NCBI GenBank assembly: GCA_046758445.1
Contig: JBHIAE010000008.1
Coordinates: 15,806-79,805 of the forward strand
Reading direction: 5' to 3'
DNA length: 64,000 nucleotides
Origin: Candidatus Thorarchaeota archaeon
Lineage (GTDB): Archaea > Asgardarchaeota > Thorarchaeia > Thorarchaeales > Thorarchaeaceae
Position numbers and translations under genes: made by a program. Under the pieces are notes generated by a model. It was given only the letters and a program-made list of their open reading frames with translations. It made no database searches and was not told the origin of the DNA. This document shows, piece by piece, positions 48,529 to 56,249 of this stretch (positions are counted from its first letter, which is position 1; every line of letters begins with the position of its first letter).

Positions 48529-49331
48529 CCCTCTGGATCCAAGCGGCAATTCACGAGTAGATTCCATTGGCTATCATGTTTTCCTCTCCTGGGCGACAAT
48601 GGGTCTAATTTGGGATACCCCTTGGTGGGTATGAACCCTGTTAGGTAATCCCCGTACTCTCTCATCATGTCTAGATTCTCGAGAATGTAGCCTAGCCGCT
48701 TGAGAATAGTGGCGTTTCCCATCTTTCTAGCATGTTGGACCACGCGTTCAAAATCAAGCTCTACATGATAGAAGTAGATTGACATCGCTATCTGTTCGAT
48801 ACCTCCGCAGTTCTCCGGATGATCCAAACAGTCTACGACAGTCTTTTCTCCATCAGAGATTCGGACTTCTCTCGACTCGATTTCTGTTTCTTCCCATCCG
48901 AAGAATTTCCTCGACGAGAGCTTTACAAACCTGTATTCGGTGTTCAGGACATGGAGTGGATGCTTTGGTGTGGTTGTTGCAACAAAGACTGTTCTCGGAA
49001 TCTGATCGGTCAGTCCATGATGGTTTAGAGCAGACCAATACGCTATGTAGTAGCTCTTGGTCAAGAACGATGCAATTACAAACTCATGCATCAAAAACGC
49101 ATCTGCCCCCTCAAGCCCCATGTCAAGTGGTACAATCACATAAAGCCCTCGCTTGAGCCTGAGAACCCACTTCTTCTTTACTAGACCGCGAACTATGTTC
49201 TTTGCACTTGGACCTACAATATCCTGAGCATCACTGAGGGCAAAGACAACATTCTTTGTTTCTGCTAGCCTAAGCAATAGACGCGCCTCTTTCCTACCCA
49301 ATCCTCTATATTGCCTTGCAGATAACGACAC
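48516..49331 (-). CDS. AbiEi-family antitoxin / transcriptional regulator
   Basis: wHTH RLKRGLY, YIAYWSALNHHGLTDQIP, SDGEKTVVDCLDHP..CGG, KRLGY. Confidence 0.92.
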   Translation of the reverse strand: MSLSARQYRGLGRKEARLLLRLAETKNVVFALSDAQDIVGPSAKNIVRGLVKKKWVLRLKRGLYVIVPLDMGLEGADAFLMHEFVIASFLTKSYYIAYWSALNHHGLTDQIPRTVFVATTTPKHPLHVLNTEYRFVKLSSRKFFGWEETEIESREVRISDGEKTVVDCLDHPENCGGIEQIAMSIYFYHVELDFERVVQHARKMGNATILKRLGYILENLDMMREYGDYLTGFIPTKGYPKLDPLSPRRGKHDSQWNLLVNCRLDPEGWMY

Positions 49332-49586
49332 CTTAGACCACCTACTGCAATGACATATGAACCCCCCCTCTTAAACACAACCCTTGGAAACATTGGTTAG
49401 TGCTTATGATTGCCTTCCCCTATGAGGAACCTGGCAAGTGAAGTCTGACTGGCTGGAGGATGTAGACACCGAGGTTTGCCGAGATGTTCAGCCCACGGCT
49501 ACTAATGTCCGAGGCGTGCAGATCGAAGGCATGGCTCGCACAGTACCTAGTGCTGTCAAGGTTCAGTGAATATCTGACAGCTGTGT

Positions 49587-49742
49587 GAAACTTGGACAGT
49601 CTTGGACAGGCCCTCACATACTCACGTACGAGATAGCATCCTGATGTTGTTTTGACACGACCAGTGACCTCACAGAGTATGTTCCCAGTGCCGTTTCTGG
49701 GAGGACAAGACTCTGGTGTCCGACTCTGTCCAACTTACAATG
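49587..49742. repeat. Inverted pair of island motif copies
   Basis: GAAA-CTTGGACAGT-CTTGGACAGG (49587-49610) and GGTGTCCGAC-TCTGTCCAAC-TTACAATG (49715-49742). Confidence 0.7.
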
Positions 49743-50230
49743 TGTTGCACTTCAAATTGTAACGTTTACATTTTCTGGAGCACTTAGTGAAAAAAGAGAG
49801 CGTTTCTAGCTAGTGTTGTCTGGGTCCATATCAATCGGTATCTCGGGATAATTGGCTATATGGGGGAAGGGTCCAGTCCAGATGCATTTCTGATCCACCC
49901 ATAGAAACAGCACACTTAGCAGTAGTTCAGGGGCCAAATCCTTTCGAATTAGAAATAGAAGTTTGAAGGAGGACTGTCAGCCAGTCAGAAAGAGTGATAG
50001 GCCTTCGTGTCCAATAGATGACCTGGTGGCGTGGGCCTAGTTTTCGTTACATGCCCTCAAAATATCGAAACTCCCCTCCTACCACGATTTGCCCACGCCC
50101 CAGCTCTTTCTTGCCAGTATCAGATAGCCTGATGTGCCATACTTGAGCATAGAACAAGGAGCTCGGATATCCACGTGGTCGACTCGATCCCCTCGACTAA
50201 CAGGTACCTCTTGAGGAATAGGACGAGTCT

Positions 50231-50467
50231 TCAGATGCCCAGATGCCGCTTTGCCTCTCTAATCCCATCACCTGAGAGAGAGTAGGACCGGACCTTCATC
50301 TGAAGGACATAACCGTCTCTGACCAGCCGCTTCAGTTGCCTTTTCAGACTCCTTTGAGTTGTACCGCATAGACGGGCAATCGCCTCAATCGGAATATGCC
50401 TGCTCTTCATTGCTTTGCGTCTGAACATGCAGGCCAGCAGTTCTAGGTCGGAATCTGAAAGAGCCAT
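50231..50467 (-). CDS. Small winged-helix protein
   Basis: IEAIARLC...LKRLVRDGYV..YSLS..G; TTAAATA box ~25 bp upstream. Confidence 0.7.
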   Translation of the reverse strand: MALSDSDLELLACMFRRKAMKSRHIPIEAIARLCGTTQRSLKRQLKRLVRDGYVLQMKVRSYSLSGDGIREAKRHLGI

Positions 50468-50573
50468 AGGCTATGCACCATAATAAACCTATTTAAGCAT
50501 TGTGTATTATAGAACAGAGAAATATATATAGATGTAACAACATGACGCAATAGGATAATTGAACCATTGAATT

Positions 50574-51266
50574 ATGGAGAGATGTTTCGCAATGAGTGAC
50601 AGAATGAGATTTGAAGACGCTGTAGGAAAGGTACTTGGTGCCATCAAGTTGAATGAGCCCCTGACAGTGAACAAGATAGCTGATGAGTCCGGGGTGATGT
50701 GGCCTACCGCGGAACGGATCATAGATCTCACGTTAGAAATCCAAGACTTTCTTGCAGCCAATGAGATCCTTGTCATTGGAAGTCGTCCCAAGAAGTTGGT
50801 CCTCATTGAGGCGCGCGTGGAGATGACCCGTCTTTCTGGAGAAGTGTTGGACTGGTTCATCGAATCAGCATACTTCACCACTCCGAGGAGAGAATACTCC
50901 ACTGAAGAGGCCCGCAAGATCATAGCTCCGAGAAAAGAGACCAGGACCCCCTTTCATGAGGCCATCATTCGAGTGGTCCGCGCCCTGGAACTAGAAGACC
51001 AGCTCAGTATTCTGGAATTATCCAAGCGGTGTGACTTGAACCGCCGGACGGTAGAGAGAGTGCTTTCTCTGCTCTTGTTACACCAAGACACGATCTCCAA
51101 GTCCCAGTTTGTGAAGGAAAAGGACTTCATCATCAGACAGCCGTTGCCATCTCTCTATGAGCTCGACAGTGCCAGGATGATGTATCTTCTCAAGAGGAGG
51201 TATATTCCTGATGAAGCTGCTAAGATCCCCAAGGAGAGAGAGCGTGAACTCCTGAGTCTTCCTTAG
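50574..51266 (+). CDS. Tandem winged-HTH regulator (internal duplication)
   Basis: LTVNKIADESGVMWPTAERIIDL and LSILELSKRCDLNRRTVERVLSL; AT-rich divergent promoter at 50480-50540. Confidence 0.75.
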   Translation: MERCFAMSDRMRFEDAVGKVLGAIKLNEPLTVNKIADESGVMWPTAERIIDLTLEIQDFLAANEILVIGSRPKKLVLIEARVEMTRLSGEVLDWFIESAYFTTPRREYSTEEARKIIAPRKETRTPFHEAIIRVVRALELEDQLSILELSKRCDLNRRTVERVLSLLLLHQDTISKSQFVKEKDFIIRQPLPSLYELDSARMMYLLKRRYIPDEAAKIPKERERELLSLP

Positions 51267-51307
51267 TGGCGTGGCTATCGAAGGACCCGACTATTTAAGG
51301 TCCGAAG

Positions 51308-51339
51308 TTTCCCCGGGGAAAGTTCGCCCGGGCGAACTT
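51308..51339. repeat. Two abutting perfect palindromes
   Basis: TTTCCCCGGGGAAA (51308-51321) and AAGTTCGCCCGGGCGAACTT (51320-51339). Confidence 0.85.
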
Positions 51340-51343
51340 CCCA

Positions 51344-51640
51344 CTAGGCGACGTTCGAGTGGGATGCGGACTTGATGATGTAATAGAGCCCCAGACCAAA
51401 GAGGATGGAGGTCACGACCCCGCCGAAGATCACAGCGGGAAACATGAGCAGCTCCTCTAGTGGTGCATAGGTGAAGGGAGGTGCGTTACTCCTGATAGCA
51501 ATCACATAGACGGCGTATGCTAGAAGGCCCCCGCTGGTTCCTAAGTAGACCAGACCCTTCCGGAACCAAGCTTTGTGTAAATCTTGACCCAAGTTTGAAC
51601 CCTCAATGGATTGTTGACGAGAATGAATGAAGCTCTGCAC
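51344..51640 (-). CDS. Two-TM protein, possibly the 3' remnant of a decayed longer gene
   Basis: Two hydrophobic helices; protein-like fragments in other frames upstream to ~51780. Confidence 0.4.
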   Translation of the reverse strand: MQSFIHSRQQSIEGSNLGQDLHKAWFRKGLVYLGTSGGLLAYAVYVIAIRSNAPPFTYAPLEELLMFPAVIFGGVVTSILFGLGLYYIIKSASHSNVA

Positions 51641-51891
51641 TAAAACTTTGTGTGATAAGCCGCAAGAATCTGGAAGTATTGCTGAAACACCTCATTACCT
51701 TTACTACGAGCTCGGCGATGGTCTTGATCAGGTTCTCATCGATGAGTCCCTCATTCAGTTTCGTCTGATTCCCTGGATAAGAACTCCCCTCAGCAAATCT
51801 CACATCGCCACAACCTGCTAGAGTCCCTCTCTCACAGTAATCAGGTCGACATAGAGGATCCTCGAGGGTCCCGGGGGAGTCTTCATGTGGA

Positions 51892-51911
51892 AATATGGCG
51901 CGCGCCATATT
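51892..51911. repeat. Perfect 20-bp palindrome
   Basis: AATATGGCGCGCGCCATATT. Confidence 0.85.
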
Positions 51912-52264
51912 CGGACGGTAGGCTCTCTCACAATTGAAAGAAGCGGGCAGCTCATACCCACTTCTCCTCTTTATTTCTGCGTTTCATCTTCCTGGCAAAC
52001 CAGCGGAGCATGTGCTCTATCCGTCTCTCAAGAATGCTGAAGTCTGACTATTTAAGGCCCGAAGACCCCGGGTTTTGACTCGAGGGAATTCTATTCCTCG
52101 ATCTCGATTCTATCAAGACCACGAGATAGAGAAGCTGTGTGAATCCCTTTCAATATGAGATTCATTGCTGCCAATGGAACATTTCATGCTAGTGAGTATT
52201 GTACAAATCACCACCGTGCGACATATAAGATTGATAAACAATATGATTTGTTAGGGAAATTGTC

Positions 52265-53200
52265 ATGGGATGTAGGATGAATCGAGGCATACTAATCTTC
52301 TCAGTGGCTGGGCTTTTCTTGATGGCTCAGCTGTCATTTGTGACGCCTTATGCAGTACCGATAGCTGATGGAGCACCTAAGATTACCTTTGGAGACCCAC
52401 AGGAGGCTCTATCGTCAGGTGACTATTGGTGTCCGGGAGACTCGCAGGAGGCTCTATCATCAGGTGATTATTGGTATCAAGGAGCACCGCAGACGCCTCT
52501 ATCATCTGATGAACGTTGGTGGGCGGGAACACAGCGTTGGGGCGGTCCTCATGCGCCCACCATAGTAAAATCTATGGAGACGGTGATAAAGACTCCTAAT
52601 GGGTGGCCAGGGTCAGATGATGAATACTATTTACTCCTCTCTGCTTGGGTAGATTCCCCCGGATGTGCCACTTATGTTCAGATTGGTTTCTCAACTATTG
52701 ACTACCCCCATGACCCTAGTCAGGTTTGGGGTCTGACAACGTCATATACTGTGGATGGGCTCTTTCCTTGGGACCCAAACTGGGGCTGGGTTGACCCATG
52801 GGAATATGTGTACGAACCGCATGAGATGACTTTGGGAAAGAACACCTACTACACCTTCGAGATGGTCATCGACGATGGCGACCTTACCTTTAATATGTAC
52901 AAAGGTGGATTGCGACAATTCACCAAGACTGTGGACACAGGCGGTAACTGGCTCCTAACTTCTGCGTGGGTCTACCCATCTTGGAGATACTGGCCGTGGT
53001 TCCCAGTTTATGGTTATACTTTATATGAGGAGATCTTGCCAGACGGTGTCACACCAAGTTTCGATTTCGTGTTCTCTGGCATATATGCAGGCGACGTCAA
53101 GTGGACCTATTGGCATGAGTGTTACTACGGTGATGTCCCTCCTGAAGTCGATGTATTCTTACCTTCACCCATCTACTGGTTTAAGATACTCAACTCATAG
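52265..53200 (+). CDS. Secreted aromatic-rich protein, glutamic peptidase G1-like
   Basis: Signal peptide; WWAG, SAWV...YVQIG, LYEE, F.F.G elements in G1-like order. Confidence 0.55.
   Translation: MGCRMNRGILIFSVAGLFLMAQLSFVTPYAVPIADGAPKITFGDPQEALSSGDYWCPGDSQEALSSGDYWYQGAPQTPLSSDERWWAGTQRWGGPHAPTIVKSMETVIKTPNGWPGSDDEYYLLLSAWVDSPGCATYVQIGFSTIDYPHDPSQVWGLTTSYTVDGLFPWDPNWGWVDPWEYVYEPHEMTLGKNTYYTFEMVIDDGDLTFNMYKGGLRQFTKTVDTGGNWLLTSAWVYPSWRYWPWFPVYGYTLYEEILPDGVTPSFDFVFSGIYAGDVKWTYWHECYYGDVPPEVDVFLPSPIYWFKILNS
52391..52525 (+). repeat. Three 45-bp (15-aa) tandem coding repeats
   Basis: GDPQEALSSGDYWCP / GDSQEALSSGDYWYQ / GAPQTPLSSDERWWA. Confidence 0.9.
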
Positions 53201-53433
53201 GCAACGGATACTCAGAACAGTCAGAGGTATATGGGGCACGCTCTCGCAGGAAATCACTGTTTCTCATTGGTGGAATCTCAGCTATGCTTCATGAACCTCT
53301 GTGGCGCTAGGACGACGAGAACTCGTGGTGAAACCGATGAGTCAGATGTCAAATCGGAGGTTATTGAGTGACCGAAAAATCGATATTGGCTTACGAAAGA
53401 TATCGTCATAGTAGAGTGGTTTCATAACGGAGC

Positions 53434-53793
53434 TTGTGTAGGTTGAAGATTACTATGGTCTATTTTCCAGCCCTCACTTACGCCATTGTGGTCCTAGGTG
53501 TTGCCTACTTCATATATAGAAAGACTTGGAAGACGGACCCAAGTGTCATCCCGATGAGATCGCTTGTCTTTCTTGTGCTCGTCATCCTGTTTGCCGCCCT
53601 AGATGTTATCGCGCTGACGACTCCATTACTTGGTGGCCCTGTGTGGGTAGACAGCCTGCCACAGCTTCTGATATGGATCTGGCCTGATATCATAGTACTT
53701 GTTGCGTTGGTTGTTGATCTATGCAGGTCTTGGCATCTTCGGACTCTTCGTGGTCAGAACCCTGATTTGGCTCAAAGGATTCCTTCTAGTTAG
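53434..53793 (+). CDS. Small 3-TM membrane protein
   Basis: Three hydrophobic helices; likely start MVYFP at 53455. Confidence 0.6.
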   Translation: MCRLKITMVYFPALTYAIVVLGVAYFIYRKTWKTDPSVIPMRSLVFLVLVILFAALDVIALTTPLLGGPVWVDSLPQLLIWIWPDIIVLVALVVDLCRSWHLRTLRGQNPDLAQRIPSS

Positions 53794-53916
53794 ATTGATG
53801 TTCGCCAAACCTTAGGCATGAGAATGGTTAGTCGAGTAAACTATTCTTCCTCCTTTCCGATCCATTGTAGTGCTCGTGTGGAATAGGAGTATTGAAACCT
53901 GACCAGGTCCAGTCCT

Positions 53917-54534
53917 CTATCCATCCTCTTCAACGTCCCGAGTCCACATGAGATCAAGCTCAAGCAGACGGTCCATGACTCTTCTCGCCACCTTGGGAAC
54001 TTGTTCCTCGCACTTGGCGCCCACGATGACAATCTTGCCGGAGCCGAATATCAGGACCACGGCCTTTGGATCCTTCAATCGATAGACTAGGCCCGGGAAC
54101 TGTTCAGGCTCATACATACTGTTCTCGAGTGTCATGACAGCCCGTTCGAGGTCCACGGGAACACCGAGACTGCCACAGGCCACGACGTTCTGTATTGTGA
54201 TTGCAGGTCTGCCCCTCATCCTGATACCGGCCTTATTGAGGCTCTTAACAATCTTGCGAACTGCCCTCTTGACCTCCTTCTCACTCTTGGTTCCAGTACA
54301 CACCATCTTTCCGGTACTGAAGATCAGTGTTGCAGTCTTGGGCTTCCTGAGACGGTAGACTAGACCGGGGAACCCTCCCGGGTCATACTCAACATTGGGT
54401 ATTGTAAATGCTATCTCATCCAGGTCAAGCCGCTGATTGAGAATGACAGAGGCTACAATGTTCTCAATCTTGGTCGTGATCTTTGATTTCGGCGTAATGA
54501 CACTCTCTGATTTCTCTACATGTAAGAGAACCAC
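53917..54534 (-). CDS. tbp: TATA-box binding protein
   Basis: Two repeats: IENIVAS..YDPGGFPGLVYRL..LIFSTGKMVCTG and IQNVVA..YEPEQFPGLVYRL..LIFGSGKIVIVG. Confidence 0.97.
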   Translation of the reverse strand: MVLLHVEKSESVITPKSKITTKIENIVASVILNQRLDLDEIAFTIPNVEYDPGGFPGLVYRLRKPKTATLIFSTGKMVCTGTKSEKEVKRAVRKIVKSLNKAGIRMRGRPAITIQNVVACGSLGVPVDLERAVMTLENSMYEPEQFPGLVYRLKDPKAVVLIFGSGKIVIVGAKCEEQVPKVARRVMDRLLELDLMWTRDVEEDG

Positions 54535-54838
54535 AGGCTCTTCATATGCTTCTTTGCATTAACTCTGGGATGGCCGGTTTCGCGTGCCGAGTCTACTTGG
54601 AATCTCAAGAAGGAAATTATTGATGGCCTAATTGACATGCTATTTGGAGAGTAGTAGATAGTACTTGTAGTTTGCGCGCGCCAAGTCTTGACTATGAGGC
54701 CGCTTGACATGCTGAGGCTCAGACTTCGATGAAACTGGAAGACTAAACCTGTACCAGTCCCCATCGACCTGTTCCAGTTGGCCATTGAAGCACAGGCTGT
54801 TGATCACATCCTCTGGAGGTTCTCTGGAGGGACAAGGG

Positions 54839-54872
54839 ACAATGTGTCGAACTTTATCTAACTTACAATGAA
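54839..54872 (+). repeat. Island motif copy
   Basis: ACAATGTGTCGAACTTTATCTAACTTACAATGAA, 26/34 identical to 47641-47674. Confidence 0.7.
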
Positions 54873-54875
54873 CGA

Positions 54876-54994
54876 TTGTGCCACTCCTCTTTCAACCCCC
54901 GTGTCCTGGGATCATCAGGCATGGTTTCGCATCAGCCCTCTCGCGATTGGACCGGCCAGCCCCAAGGACACGGCTTCGCCTTGATGGAATGGAC
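54876..54994 (+). repeat. 119-bp direct repeat, copy 2 (followed by ATGA)
   Basis: Matches 47138-47256. Confidence 0.9.
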
Positions 54995-55132
54995 ATGACC
55001 TCGTGCTGAAGTGTCTGGCCGTCCAGTGATGGAGCATTGTTTATAGCGTAGGTTGCGGACGCAGTCACTCACGAACACCTCACTATTGCTGACAGGATTG
55101 TCAGTTGGAGAGATTGGATCCTCAGATTCGCG

Positions 55133-55600
55133 ATGAGGTACGACACTGTGCCGAAGACTACCAGAGTCAATGTGGACATAAGGGATATCGCTGAGGCCAT
55201 TGCCAACGGGTCACCAGGTATTGAGTATTATCTCGATCTTGAAACCGGCGAGATTGTGTGGCTTGCAGACGACATCGTAGTGGAAGAAGATCGTGGGATC
55301 AGGGAGGCAATTGAGGCAGGCATAGAGGAGCGATTTGTGGACATACCTTACGTGCACTCCCATGAGGGATATCGGGACATGAAGGACTTCATTGACACTC
55401 TTGTTGATGACAGCCTCAGAGAGAAGCTCTACATCGCAATCGACGGTAGAGGAGCCTTTAGGCGCTTCAAGGACGTGCTTCTGAGCTATCCAGAAGAGAG
55501 GGAGAAATGGTTCGAGTTCAGTAGCAGCAGGAACTTGCAACGGGCCAAGGCCTGGTTGGAGGAACGAGGAATTGAGGCTATCCGCGCCGATGATAGATGA
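55133..55600 (+). CDS. UPF0158 family protein
   Basis: YYLDLETGEI, GYRDMKDFI, AIDGRGAFRRFKDVL, W..F...AKAWLEERGI. Confidence 0.9.
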   Translation: MRYDTVPKTTRVNVDIRDIAEAIANGSPGIEYYLDLETGEIVWLADDIVVEEDRGIREAIEAGIEERFVDIPYVHSHEGYRDMKDFIDTLVDDSLREKLYIAIDGRGAFRRFKDVLLSYPEEREKWFEFSSSRNLQRAKAWLEERGIEAIRADDR

Positions 55601-55627
55601 GCCTCGAATGTCAACGACCTCCAGGTT

Positions 55628-55677
55628 TCATAGAAATCGGTCAAGGAAACCACCGACTTCAGTCGATGGTAGTTGAC
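55628..55677 (-). mobile_element. Minimal 50-bp single-hairpin IS200/IS605-like remnant
   Basis: Minus strand GTCAACTACCATCGACTGAAGTCGGTGGTTTCCT-N12-ATGA. Confidence 0.75.
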
Positions 55678-55977
55678 TGAACATTGCAGATGCAGAGATG
55701 CGCTTCTGTCCCAAGCGGAACAGAGGATTCCCTTTTGGACAAGAAGGGGAGTGAAACGCGACTGACCGAAACAGGTCAGAGTTCTATGAACGGTGATGGC
55801 GATGCAACAGTTGTGTATCCGGTAGCACAGGAGAGGCCTCGATGGAGAGGATTGAAAGCGTCTGTACGGTAGGACTTACTTCAGTCCATTGCAGAACATA
55901 TCCCCCCGCTACAGTTCTCACGACTGAAACATCATCGAAGTCTTGCCATCGGACCATTTGACCGGCATGTTGGAATA

Positions 55978-56133
55978 TTAGTCAACGGTCGTGCTGTAAT
56001 CAGCGAAGAGTGCAGGGGCTGTGGACGCTGTGTAGAGGCATGTCCAAATGGTGCCATCAATCTTTTCATTGACGACTCGGACTACTTCGAAGAATCGGCC
56101 AGGCGGGTTTCCAGTGCTGTGGATGTTTCTTAG
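55978..56133 (+). pseudogene. C-terminal remnant of a 4Fe-4S binding protein gene
   Basis: LVNGRAVISEECRGCGRCVEACPNGAI...SAVDVS*; no start codon in frame back to TAG 55870. Confidence 0.8.
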
Positions 56134-56249
56134 CGACTGGAGAAACGATTCTACTGGTACAGTTCGCCCTGTTCAGTAACCTTTTTCTGTCATCACAGCG
56201 CGCCACGACTGTCACTGTGATTGCGAACTATGGAATCTGAGGGTTCAAT

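Larger units (their letters stand above)
44800..55977. mobile_element. Accessory/genomic island (~11 kb), no integrase or transposase visible
   Basis: Flanked by gene remnants; TA modules, pseudogenes, long non-coding gaps, mini-IS elements and dispersed repeats. Confidence 0.7.

Noticed and set aside
51603-51908. 101-aa ORF as an intact gene
   Set aside because: Only a central stretch looks protein-like; probably part of a decayed gene
45754-54872. CRISPR array or canonical integron
   Set aside because: Repeats are kb apart and degenerate, no cas genes; no IntI and attC box spacing is non-canonical
47138-54994. 119-bp repeats as attL/attR of a provirus
   Set aside because: Too diverged, no tRNA target, no integrase or viral genes, and accessory DNA extends beyond both copies
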